A stretch of 63,719 bases of DNA, filler included, from Octopus bimaculoides (taxonomy: Eukaryota), in NCBI RefSeq assembly GCF_001194135.2. It is 4 parts of 4 records of this genome, joined end to end, with 100 filler letters (N's around TTAATTAATTAA, not from the genome) between each part and the next. Parts side by side here need not be neighbours in the genome. Positions count along the whole stretch, not along the records: positions 41,720 to 62,521 come from NC_068996.1; positions 62,622 to 63,719 come from NW_026408650.1; 2 more parts are not named here. One strand, written 5' to 3'. The position numbers were made by a program, and so were the translations under genes. Shown here piece after piece: positions 49,851 through 62,652 of this stretch (positions are counted from its first letter, which is position 1; the number at the start of each line of letters is the position of its first letter). The notes below the pieces were generated by a model. The model searched no databases. It saw only the letters and a list, made by a program, of their open reading frames with translations, and had not been told where the DNA came from.

Positions 49851-50635
49851 GTNNNNNNNNNNNNNNNNNNNNNNNNNNNNNNNNNNNNNNNNNNNNNNNN
49901 NNNNNNNNNNNNNNNNNNNNNNNNNNNNNNNNNNNNNNNNNNNNNNNNNNNNCTCCAGCATGGCCACAGTCAAATGACTGAAACAAGTAAAAGAGTATAG
50001 TTCATCAGATTTTCAGCCACTGACACAAAATAATTAATTGGGGATCCACTGCAGTATTTTAAAGGTCCATGAATAAATTTTGCTTTAAATGTATTTATTG
50101 CACTAAAACGGCTAAGTTTCTTTCCCTAGATTTCAACATGTTTCCAGCCACTGACAGATATTGTCTCCAAGTGTACAACTGCAAACCTGCACCAGTGAAT
50201 ACATGAAAAATAAAATAGGAATTTTGAAAGAAAAACTAGTTTTTAAACAGAATAGCTACAGGGTTATAAACAACTGGTCTACACCCACAACCATCACCCA
50301 ATACACACTACACAACACAATATATTTCATTCTATACTCAATTGTTGTCACCTTATATATTATATATATATATAATCCAAGAGAGTTAGGGGTTGAGGAT
50401 CCAACCCACTAAGGGATAATATATATCCAATATACTGCTGGGAAGGTGCCCAATTTTGTCACTTCTCCAATTGCTAGATGTCCATTAAATTTGAAATCTT
50501 AATTGTTGATATGACATGGTATGTCACAAGTGTCTGTATATTGTCCTTTTTGTCATTTTGGTTATAAAATAAACAGATTAATCAACGGAATATAGTGTCT
50601 GCAAGTACCTCATATTCCCCTCCATTTTCTTATTG

Positions 50636-50679
<44 letters not shown>

Positions 50680-50984
50680 NNNNNNNNNNNNNNNNNNNNN
50701 NNNNNNNNNNNNNNNNNNNNNNNNNNNNNNNNNNNNNNNNNNNNNNNNNNNNNNNNNNNNNNNNNNNNNNNNNNNNNNNNNNNNNNNNNNNNNNNNNNNN
50801 NNNNNNNNNACTTCTCCAATTGCTAGATGTCCATTAAATTTGAAATCTTAATTGTTGATATGACATGGTATGTCACAAGTGTCTGTATATTGTCCTTTTT
50901 GTCATTTTGGTTATAAAATAAACAGATTAATCAACGGAATATAGTGTCTGCAAGTACCTCATATTCCCCTCCATTTTCTTATTG

Positions 50985-51062
<78 letters not shown>

Positions 51063-52149
51063 TATATATATGCACACACATCCATCAATCTGTCTATCAA
51101 TCTAAATATATATTTCAATATCCATCATCCATCCCTCTATCTATCTACCTACCTATCCAACTATCCATCCATCCATCCCTCTATCTATCTACTGAGGGGT
51201 CAGTGTTCAAAATCTATGACTCCAACTATTCTATTTGCAATTAAACAAATGCTATGTAACTTATACAGCCAACATGTATTGTATTGATTTTTGGTACACT
51301 AACCTCTTCACAGGCTAGGGTTAATTTATTCAATTCTTCAAGATTGTGCCCCAGCATGGCCACAGTCAAATGACTAAAATAAGTAAAAGATAAATGATAT
51401 ACATATCTGTTTAGCGTACTAAACAACTCAATTTCAAAGTAACGATTAATGATATAATTTGCTTCAGTTAGTCTTGTGCTGCTCCGAGTTTCACCTGAGA
51501 GTAGATGAACAGTATGTTCTGGCAAAATACTGAATACATGATAAAATTCAGAGTAGCAAGAGAGTAAGCCAATCAGAGCGAAACAGGTTTTGAGGTTTAT
51601 ATCCTCTGGATGGATGGTCGGATAGATAGGTAGGTAGATAGATAGAGAGATAGATGAGGGATAATGAGATATATATTTAGATTGAGAGACAGCTTGATGG
51701 ATGTGTGTGCATATATATAACGGCACGCATCCATTCCTCAAGTAAGTTTTATCTATATAGATACACATATATATATACATACATGTACACGTTCATGTGC
51801 TTATCTACACATGGCATTAGGATGGGCATCCAGCTGTAGAAACTTTGCCAGATCAGATTGGAGCCTGGTGCAGCCTGCTGGCTTGCCAGCCCTCAATTAA
51901 ACCATCCAACCCATGCCAGCATGGAAAGCGGATGTTAAACGACGATGATGATATATATATATGCATACATATGTGCATACATACATGCACACAAGCACAC
52001 ATATTCATGTATTTAGATATATATTTGTATTTTTATATCTATTTACATGCATTCAAATTTGTACATATATCTACATATAAGTATACATAATATGTTAATG
52101 CAAAGACAATAGTAAAAATCTACAGATTATGCAAAATATTTAAAAATAT

Positions 52150-52296
52150 ATTTGAGAAGTTTACTTCCCATCCACATAGTTCTGGGTTCAGTCCCACTAC
52201 GTGTCCTCTACTATAGCCTCAGGCCAACCAGAGCCTTGTCAGTGCATTTGGTAGAGACTGGAAAAAAGCCCTTGTATGTATGTGTATGTGTGTACG

Positions 52297-52332
<36 letters not shown>

Positions 52333-52550
52333 TATGTTTGTCTTTGTGTATGTGCTTGTCAACCAGTGTTGTTGAGTTTACTTACGTACATGTAATCTAG
52401 CAGAAATGACAAAAGAAAACTCTCAAATAAGTACCAGGCTTTACTAAAAAGAAGAAGAAAGTATAGGGGTCAATAAATCCGACTAAAATTCTTCAAGGCG
52501 ATTACACAACTTGACCACAGTCTAAAGATTGAAACAAGTAAAAGATAAAA
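52150..52550 (+). mobile_element. SINE family B, decayed
   Basis: Family match. Confidence 0.8.
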
Positions 52551-53489
52551 GATATTTAAAAATATATTATATGTATATATATACTTTATGCTTATNNNNN
52601 NNNNNNNNNNNNNNNNNNNNNNNNNNNNNNNNNNNNNNNNNNNNNNNNNNNNNNNNNNNNNNNNNNNNNNNNNNNNNNNNNNNNNNNNNNNNNNNNNNNN
52701 NNNNNNNNNNNNNNNNNNNNNNNNNNNNNNNNNNNNNNNNNNNNNNNNNNNNNNNNNNNNNNNNNNNNNNNNNNNNNNNNNNNNNNNNNNNNNNNNNNNN
52801 NNNNNNNNNNNNNNNNNNNNNNNNNNNNNNNNNNNNNNNNNNNNNNNNNNNNNNNNNNNNNNNNNNNNNNNNNNNNNNNNNNNNNNNNNNNNNNNNNNNN
52901 NNNNNNNNNNNNNNNNNNNNNNNNNNNNNNNNNNNNNNNNNNNNNNNNNNNNNNNNNNNNNNNNNNNNNNNNNNNNNNNNNNNNNNNNNNNNNNNNNNNN
53001 NNNNNNNNNNNNNNNNNNNNNNNNNNNNNNNNNNNNNNNNNNNNNNNNNNNNNNNNNNNNNNNNNNNNNNNNNNNNNNNNNNNNNNNNNNNNNNNNNNNN
53101 NNNNNNNNNNNNNNNNNNNNNNNNNNNNNNNNNNNNNNNNNNNNNNNNNNNNNNNNNNNNNNNNNNNNNNNNNNNNNNNNNNNNNNNNNNNNNNNNNNNN
53201 NNNNNNNNNNNNNNNNNNNNNNNNNNNNNNNNNNNNNNNNNNNNNNNNNNNNNNNNNNNNNNNNNNNNNNNNNNNNNNNNNNNNNNNNNNNNNNNNNNNN
53301 NNNNNNNNNNNNNNNNNNNNNNNNNNNNNNNNNNNNNNNNNNNNNNNNNNNNNNNNNNNNNNNNNNNNNNNNNNNNNNNNNNNNNNNNNNNNNNNNNNNN
53401 NNNNNNNNNNNNNNNNNNNNNNNNNNNNNNNNNNNNNNNNNNNNNNNNNNNNNNNNNNNNNNTATATATATTACAAGTACACAAATGGC

Positions 53490-53745
53490 ATTCCATTGGT
53501 TACAGTAACAAGTGTTCTGGTTGATCCGATCAACAGAACAGTGAGTTCATGAAATTAACATGTAAGTGGCTGAGCACTCCACAGACACATGTGACCTTAA
53601 TGTAGTTCTCAGGGAGTCAGCATGAGACAGAATGTGGCAAGGCTGACCCTTTCAAATACAGGTACAACTCAAATTTCATTTCGCCAACTGAGTAGATGGG
53701 AGTGATGTGAAATAAAATATGTTGTCCAATGACAGCACGCTTTGA
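53490..53745 (-). mobile_element. SINE sharing the family-C 3' tail but with a different upstream domain
   Basis: gttgatccgatcaacagaacag...gtggctgagcactccacagacac matches 25520-25640, then the sequence diverges. Confidence 0.7.
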
Positions 53746-53989
53746 AGGGGATCAAGCTGCAGAGTACTAAGCCAAAACAGATATGGAACCTGGTGTGACC
53801 CTTGGTCTTGCCAGTTCCTCTGAAGCCATTCAACACATGCCAACAAAAAAAAATTGACATTAAATGATCATGATGATATACGTACAAATACACACACACA
53901 CACACACACACACAATGCATATAATTTTTTGAAGTGCACATTATACGAATGGCTGTATACATGCATGCATGTATACAGACAGCACTGGA

Positions 53990-54215
53990 GATCACTGCAT
54001 AGTACCAAAGATTCTATCTTTTCCACCAAGAACAAGAACCCAGTACTGAAACATCTTGGGGTACAAGGGTTCATAACTATTCAACATTCTGCCCAACAGC
54101 CCCAGATGTCCAACAACCAAGATGTAGATGCGGATGTCTTCAAAGAACAAATGGGGAAACTGTTGTCTGAGATACGAGATGAACCCACATTGCAGCGAAG
54201 AGAGGGAGGGATAGA
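53990..54215 (+). mobile_element. CR1-group LINE 3' ORF remnant
   Basis: ..LGYKGS*LFNILP....DADVFKEQMGKLLSEIRDEPT. Confidence 0.65.
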
Positions 54216-54400
54216 AAGACAACTATAGATTAGATGAAATAGATATACATTTACAGACAAAGATCTTAAAATACAAATATATTGTATACATAAATATCTG
54301 TACATGAATGTATATTTCTATATATACATGATGACTTCAGCATGTATAGCATATTTATCAAAGGCACACATAACATACACTATATATATGTATCTATATG

Positions 54401-54490
<90 letters not shown>

Positions 54491-54544
54491 GGAGATGTAA
54501 AATGCTTGTCACCTTAATACAAGAGACATCATTAACTTCCAATA

Positions 54545-55020
54545 TTAAAAAAGTTAAGACTCTACTCCCTAGAACAATGACAGGGAAGTTATGCAGTGAT
54601 ATACATCTGGTAAAAATCTGGAACTTGTACGAAATTTAGACACTGAAAGTTACACAAAAAGCTAAATGAGGCACCATGCAAAGTACAAAAATCCCAACAC
54701 TTCCATCAGGACACAGGACCAGATACACTGCAGCAGCTTAGATTTCAAGAATCCACAGCTCCTTAATGTCCTCCCAAAAAGCCTGAGAGACCTACATGTA
54801 AGAAGTAGCAGTCTTCAAAACAAAACTGGATCTTCTCATGTCAAGAGTTCTGGATAAACCGACTTCACAGCAGGAAATGTAGATGACGGTAGCAATACCA
54901 AGCTTCCTCATTCACCAAATGCCACATATCAGAGGTTTCTAATAGCGAAAGCGTAGTAAAGCCAATGATGGTGTCCCAGCATGGTTGTAGCCCTCACGTT
55001 GAAGTTAGTTAGAATTAAAG
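54545..55020 (+). mobile_element. CR1-group LINE 3' end with UTR
   Basis: LKKLRLYSLE...YIW...SLDFKNPQLLNVLPKSLRDLH..VFKTKLDLLMSRVLDKPT; UTR ends ggtgtcccagcatgg...tgaa. Exact clade (CR1/L2/Crack/Daphne) not resolved. Confidence 0.8.
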
Positions 55021-55040
55021 AGTATATATGCATTTATATG

Positions 55041-55085
<45 letters not shown>

Positions 55086-55924
55086 NNNNNNNNNNNNNNN
55101 NNNNNNNNNNNNNNNNNNNNNNNNNNNNNNNNNNNNNNNNNNNNNNNNNNNNNNNNNNNNNNNNNNNNNNNNNNNNNNNNNNNNNNNNNNNNNNNNNNNN
55201 NNNNNNNNNNNNNNNNNNNNNNNNNNNNNNNNNNNNNNNNNNNNNNNNNNNNNNNNNNNNNNNNNNNNNNNNNNNNNNNNNNNNNNNNNNNNNNNNNNNN
55301 NNNNNNNNNNNNNNNNNNNNNNNNNNNNNNNNNNNNNNNNNNNNNNNNNNNNNNNNNNNNNNNNNNNNNNNNNNNNNNNNNNNNNNNNNNNNNNNNNNNN
55401 NNNNNNNNNNNNNNNNNNNNNNNNNNNNNNNNNNNNNNNNNNNNNNNNNNNNNNNNNNNNNNNNNNNNNNNNNNNNNNNNNNNNNNNNNNNNNNNNNNNN
55501 NNNNNNNNNNNNNNNNNNNNNNNNNNNNNNNNNNNNNNNNNNNNNNNNNNNNNNNNNNNNNNNNNNNNNNNNNNNNNNNNNNNNNNNNNNNNNNNNNNNN
55601 NNNNNNNNNNNNNNNNNNNNNNNNNNNNNNNNNNNNNNNNNNNNNNNNNNNNNNNNNNNNNNNNNNNNNNNNNNNNNNNNNNNNNNNNNNNNNNNNNNNN
55701 NNNNNNNNNNNNNNNNNNNNNNNNNNNNNNNNNNNNNNNNNNNNNNNNNNNNNNNNNNNNNNNNNNNNNNNNNNNNNNNNNNNNNNNNNNNNNNNNNNNN
55801 NNNNNNNNNNNNNNNNNNNNNNNNNNNNNNNNNNNNNNNNNNNNNNNNNNNNNNNNNNNNNNNNNNNNNNNNNNNNNNNNNNNNNNNNNNNNNNNNNNNN
55901 NNNNNNNNNNNNNNNNNNNNNNNN

Positions 55925-55963
<39 letters not shown>

Positions 55964-55974
55964 TTATACATACA

Positions 55975-56165
55975 TCGCTAAAGATTCTAACATCACCATG
56001 AAGATACAGGCCCAGCGGCTGCAACAGCTTTGGTTTCAAAGGCCCACAGCTTTTCAATATCCTCCCAAAAAGCCTGAGCGACCTGCGTCGTGTGTATGTA
56101 GGTGTCTTCAAAACAAAACTGAATCTCCTCCTGTCAAGAGTTCCAGATGAACTCACCTCATGACA
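55975..56165 (+). mobile_element. CR1-group LINE 3' remnant
   Basis: CNSFGFKGPQLFNILPKSLSDLRRVYVGVFKTKLNLLLSRVPDELT. Confidence 0.82.
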
Positions 56166-56169
56166 AATA

Positions 56170-56410
56170 AAATGGTCTATCAAGGTTTTTCTGGAGGATA
56201 TTGAAGAGCTGTAGGTGCTTGAAACCCAAACTGTTGCAGTATCTGGTCTTGTATCTTAATGGCAATATTTGGATCCTTGGCACTAAGCAACGGCACCCCA
56301 TTACACTGTTTGAATAACTTTCAATGCCAAAGCTTGGAACAAGTTCTTTCAGGGTCTTTCAGTTGTATAATACTGCATATCATTCCCACCTTCACTCTAG
56401 GACTAAAGTT
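56170..56410 (-). mobile_element. CR1-group LINE remnant, tail-to-tail with the previous copy
   Basis: RYKTRYCNSLGFKHLQLFNILQKNL. Confidence 0.75.
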
Positions 56411-56859
56411 TAAAATTTTTCTGATATATATATATATATATATTGTACTCACACACACACTCACACAAGCACACACATACACAAAGAGAAAGAAAGTGAA
56501 AGACAGAGAGACTGATAGAAAAACGGGAAGACAGAGAGAAAAATATGGTTTATTCTTTTAACTCTGCTACACAATTTTATTAGACTGGTCATTCTTGTTC
56601 ATTGCCTTTAGGTCAAGTGAACCAAATCCAGAACTTAGTGTAATTCCTCTGCTTTATCTGACATATAGAGATATAAACAAACCAACACCAGTTGTCAAAC
56701 TCTGGTGGAACAAACAGTAACACAGAGATACACACAGGTACATAAAGACACAGACATCATGTATATCTTACTTTTACTCACCCTAGTCATTTGACTGCAG
56801 ATATTGGACATGCTCAGAAACTATCTTGAAAGGTTTCATGCAAGAGAGTATTGTATGGA

Positions 56860-57290
56860 TGCCTAAGTATAGTTGCATGAAAAAGTGCTGATCACTTAAA
56901 GCAGAGGAGAGTTGTGGAAGAAGTCGACCCAAGGAAGTCATGAGACAAAGTATTGAAAGCTGATGACAGACAGCCAAGATATGTTGCACATTGCTGTACT
57001 TAAGAAGCCCTGTCCACCACAACAGAACTGAGATCCTCAAACCAAGGTATGTAAAGAGCATTGGTGTGGGTGTTTGTGCCATGTGAAAAGCACTGGTGAT
57101 GGTGCCACATAAAAAGCACCCAATACACTCTGTAAAATGGTTGGCATTAAGGAACGGCATTGAGCAATAGGAACCAAGTCAAAACAAACTATGGAACATA
57201 GTGGGGGTCCTCAGCCTTATAGGGTCCTGTCAAGTCATCCAACCCATGCCAGCATGGAAAACAGGCATTAAATATTGATGATAGTGATTA
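56860..57290 (+). mobile_element. RTE-clade LINE ORF end + 3'UTR
   Basis: KKC*SLKAEESCGRSRPK (cf. VEGxxGRGRPRK), followed by ggtgccacataaaaagcaccc...ccaacccatgccagcatggaaa. Confidence 0.7.
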
Positions 57291-58015
57291 CAGTAGATGA
57301 TACAGTGATACAATATATACAATGTGTATACAGGAGAATATTTGATGATTAAAGTTACAGACTAATTTCAACAAAATTTGCTGCATGGATAGTCTTCAGG
57401 ATGAACTTACCTCATGGCAAAAAAAAAAAAATATATATATATATATAATACATATCACTCAGGTTTGCAGAAAACAAAAGACCAAGACAGGTGAGGAAAA
57501 GCAAGCAGGTGTATTAGTTTGACACTTGGGATATATATATATATATATATATACATACATATACACACACACACACACGCACACATACACTTATTAAGAG
57601 TTACCTTAACTAATATTAGTTGAATATGAAAAATGGGTACCTAGTGATTGGTGGTGTTCAGTGTAGAAACTTGTTATGAAGCATTATATCCTAAGCTGAA
57701 AGAGTAGCCATATCATTGGATGACTCTTGGAGACGGAATTAACAGGAGGGACCCAACAAGAATCATTTTTAAGAGTGCGTTACACAAATCTTGTTTTAAC
57801 TACACTAAACAGATATATATACATAGATGTATGCACGTGTAAATGTATACATGCATATATATGCATGTATAACAATTCATATCTGTGTGTGTGTGTATAT
57901 ATATATATATACATACACGTGTATAAGGGATGACCACTAGGTGGACATACAATATGCTAGAAAGAGGTCATCAACGACCCAACCACAAAGAAAAATAATT
58001 TATCACCCCATCTAT

Positions 58016-58029
<14 letters not shown>

Positions 58030-58048
<19 letters not shown>

Positions 58049-58226
58049 TCTTTTGTTCTTTTATTTGTTTCAGTCATTTTCAAACAAACCGGCCCCAGGA
58101 CTTATTCTTTGTAAGCCTAGAACTTATTCTATCGGTCTCTTTTGCTGAAGTGCTAAGTTACAGGGACGTAAACACACACAGCATCGGTTGTCAAGCAATA
58201 ATGAGGGGACAAACATAGACACACAA

Positions 58227-58302
<76 letters not shown>

Positions 58303-58505
58303 CTGTCTGTATGTGTTTGCTACAACCACTGCTTCACAACTGGTGTTGCTGAGTTCACATCACAATAACATAGTGGCTCAACAAAAGAGTCTGATAGAAT
58401 AAGTACTAAGCTTTAAAGAAAAATAATAATTACTAGGGTCGATAACATTCACTAAAATCCTTGAAGGCAGTGCCCCAGTATGGCTGCAGTCTAATGACTG
58501 AAAGC
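58030..58505. mobile_element. Two SINE family B tails in divergent orientation around a (CA)/(TA) microsatellite
   Basis: 58030-58230 (-) and 58300-58505 (+). Confidence 0.8.
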
Positions 58506-58509
58506 ATCA

Positions 58510-58745
58510 GATATGCTTCAGCTTCAAGGCTGTACCATGTTGGAGCAACATAACTATCATAAACGGTGAAAGAGTCATGAACATGTGCCTGTAGGATTTC
58601 GTAAATGCAAGAGACTCAGATCTTTGGCGCTTTTGCTATGATGTTCGTTCATCTGCAAGGTTGAAAGGCAGAACAAAGGTGCTTTCTGAAAACCTCTACA
58701 ACCATTCCATATTGATCTCTCAGGATTTTCAACCAGGTAGCTAAA
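58510..58745 (-). mobile_element. CR1-group LINE 3' end with UTR
   Basis: LRDQYGMVVEVFRKHL..; UTR ends tgctccaacatggtacagccttgaagctgaag. Confidence 0.6.
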
Positions 58746-58756
58746 TAGCCGTGGTT

Positions 58757-58915
58757 CAGGTGTGGCTATGTGGTAAGAAGCTTCCTTCCCAACCACATAG
58801 CTGCAGGTTCAGTTCCACTGCATGGAGTTGATGTTTTCTAATATAGCATGGGGCCAACCAAAGCCTTGTGAGTGAGTCTGATAGGCAGAAACTGAAAGGA
58901 GCCTGTTGTATATAT
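58757..58915 (+). mobile_element. SINE family B head
   Basis: gtgtggctatgtggtaagaagcttccttcccaaccac...ccaaagccttgtgagtg. Confidence 0.8.
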
Positions 58916-59044
58916 ATCTATATATATATTATGTGTATGTCTTTCTGTTCAAGATTGCGCACACACTACCACTTGAAAACGAGTGTGTCAATGTTTCCAT
59001 CATTGTAACTTAGAGATTCGATAATAGAGTATATATATATAAAT

Positions 59045-59475
59045 ATTCTTTTGTTCTTTTACTTGTTTCAGACATTTGACTGTGGCCATGCTAGAACACC
59101 ACATGTACCCAAGCAAATCGAAACCAGGACTTATTCTTTGTAAGCCTAGTACTTTTTCTATCAGTCACTTTTGCTGAAAATCTAAGTTACAGGAACGTAA
59201 TGCGCCAGCATCAGATGTCAAGTGATGTTGAGGGGACAAACACAGACACACACACATATACACAGACATACCCACAAACACACACATACAGACATACCCA
59301 CATACACACATATATATATAAAAATAAATAGACATCAGGCTTCTTTCAGTTTCCGTACCAAATCCACTCACAAAGGGTTTCGTTGACCCAAGGCTATATA
59401 GTAGAAGACACTTGCATAAGATACTGTACCTGGAGCTATGTGGTTAGTAAGGAAGTTATATACAAGACAGCCACT
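59045..59475 (-). mobile_element. SINE family B, full length, CpG-decayed
   Basis: Head-to-tail family match. Confidence 0.88.
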
Positions 59476-59479
59476 ACAT

Positions 59480-59812
59480 ATATGCATATATGTATATAAA
59501 TACAGATGCAAATATGTATATATATATACATATGCAAATTTGTATATATATACACATGTACACATCTTTATATATGCACACATATACACCTACATATATG
59601 CATATATATTTATATAATATGCATACATATGTGTATTATATAAAAATATATGCATATATATATATAGATGTATATGTGTGTGTATATATATATATAGATG
59701 TATATATGTGTATATATATTTACAAATATACATATGTATATACATGAATATATCTATATACATAAATGCAAATATATGTATATAAATATATATACATACA
59801 ATGCATATATAT

Positions 59813-59851
<39 letters not shown>

Positions 59852-60269
59852 NNNNNNNNNNNNNNNNNNNNNNNNNNNNNNNNNNNNNNNNNNNNNNNNN
59901 NNNNNNNNNNNNNNNNNNNNNNNNNNNNNNNNNNNNNNNNNNNNNNNNNNNNNNNNNNNNNNNNNNNNNNNNNNNNNNNNNNNNNNNNNNNNNNNNNNNN
60001 NNNNNNNNNNNNNNNNNNNNNNNNNNNNNNNNNNNNNNNNNNNNNNNNNNNNNNNNNNNNNNNNNNNNNNNNNNNNNNNNNNNNNNNNNNNNNNNNNNNN
60101 NNNNNNNNNNNNNNNNNNNNNNNNNNNNNNNNNNNNNNNNNNNNNNNNNNNNNNNNNNNNNNNNNNNNNNNNNNNNNNNNNNNNNNNNNNNNNNNNNNNN
60201 NNNNNNNNNNNNNNNNNNNNNNNNNNNNNNNNNNNNNNNNNNNNNNNNNNNNNNNNNNNNNNNNNNNNN

Positions 60270-60326
<57 letters not shown>

Positions 60327-60800
60327 AATATATAGACACATATAAACGGGTGTGTGGGTTTGTGCATGTGTTGTTCTCAGCACAAATTGAAAACCATTTG
60401 TGTGTGTTGTCATGCCTGTAACTGAGTAATTCAGCAATAGATACCAATAAAGTACAAATCTTAAAAAGATATATTAGAGTACTCAGCGTAATTCATTAGA
60501 CACAGATCCTTCATGGCTGCAGTAAAATGTCTAAAACAACAAGAGGGATGAATGTTTTATATTTATTCATTTACTGCTTTAAGTCATAAGACAATGGACA
60601 GGCTGCAACTTTACTATGTATATGTATGTATATAGATAAATATATATATATATATATATATATAATCATGTACATATTGATACACACACACACACCTATG
60701 TAACTGTATATATAAGCACTCACACTACACTACACATGACTATATATACATATACATATGTACATAGATATATAAATATGTATACATACCTATATATATA

Positions 60801-60834
<34 letters not shown>

Positions 60835-60976
60835 ATACACACGTAAATATGGAAACAGAACATGAAGGGCAAACTTAAGTCTCTATGTAAAATTCAGAGT
60901 CAAATGATAGAAACAAGCACACCTAGGATTGAAACATACAACAGATCACAACTGCAGCCACACCTATGTATGTGTG

Positions 60977-61016
<40 letters not shown>

Positions 61017-61090
61017 TACATAGGTGTATACACACACGTATATATTGGTATACACTCATATGTATAAACATATATATATATACACATAAA

Positions 61091-61130
<40 letters not shown>

Positions 61131-61667
61131 GCATATATATATACATATATAGATATATATCTACACATGTATATATACATATGATTATATATATGCACAT
61201 ACTTATATATACGCATATATACATATGCACACACACACATTCATATATATATTCATACTTATATATGTATATATACATATATAGATATATCTATGTATAT
61301 AGATATATGTGTACATCTTATACCCCTACAAATATATACACAGATACATGTACATACATATTTATATATATATACTCTTATAAATATATATACATATATC
61401 TATATAAAAACATATATACACACACACACACACATACACAAATATATATATATATATATATATATTACATACTACAGGTGTACCTATCTATCTATCTCTA
61501 TACATATATTAATATTATAAGCATATATGTGTATATATATACATACATACATATATATACACATATATAAATATTATAAGCGCATGTATGTATATATATC
61601 TGAATAACTATATATATATATACATACACAATATAATTATATATGTGTATATATATATCTATAAATC

Positions 61668-61716
<49 letters not shown>

Positions 61717-62114
61717 NNNNNNNNNNNNNNNNNNNNNNNNNNNNNNNNNNNNNNNNNNNNNNNNNNNNNNNNNNNNNNNNNNNNNNNNNNNNNNNNNNNN
61801 NNNNNNNNNNNNNNNNNNNNNNNNNNNNNNNNNNNNNNNNNNNNNNNNNNNNNNNNNNNNNNNNNNNNNNNNNNNNNNNNNNNNNNNNNNNNNNNNNNNN
61901 NNNNNNNNNNNNNNNNNNNNNNNNNNNNNNNNNNNNNNNNNNNNNNNNNNNNNNNNNNNNNNNNNNNNNNNNNNNNNNNNNNNNNNNNNNNNNNNNNNNN
62001 NNNNNNNNNNNNNNNNNNNNNNNNNNNNNNNNNNNNNNNNNNNNNNNNNNNNNNNNNNNNNNNNNNNNNNNNNNNNNNNNNNNNNNNNNNNNNNNNNNNN
62101 NNNNNNNNNNNNNN

Positions 62115-62163
<49 letters not shown>

Positions 62164-62390
62164 AATATATACCTAAGTATATATGCATGTATACATGTCC
62201 ATGTATAAGTCAGTGATTGTGTAACATACTATATATTCTGTGTTTCACAGAACAATACATTAAGACTTTTTATGAATACTACTGGATTATTTCAATCCGT
62301 AGATTGTGATTTACTGTGTATACAGCATACAGCTATATGTGTACATATAACACCTATACAATATGCATATAAGCATACATACATACCTAG

Positions 62391-62428
<38 letters not shown>

Positions 62429-62483
62429 TCATATACATATATATATATACATGTGTATTTATACATATATACGTACACATTTG

Positions 62484-62521
<38 letters not shown>

Positions 62522-62621
62522 NNNNNNNNNNNNNNNNNNNNNNNNNNNNNNNNNNNNNNNNNNNNTTAATTAATTAANNNNNNNNNNNNNNNNNNNNNNN
62601 NNNNNNNNNNNNNNNNNNNNN

Positions 62622-62652
<31 letters not shown>

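Noticed and set aside
50460-51030. Identical direct repeat of about 190 bp on both sides of the 50680-50809 gap
   Set aside because: 100% identity flanking an N gap that ends in (TA)n indicates unmerged overlapping contig ends, not a real duplication.
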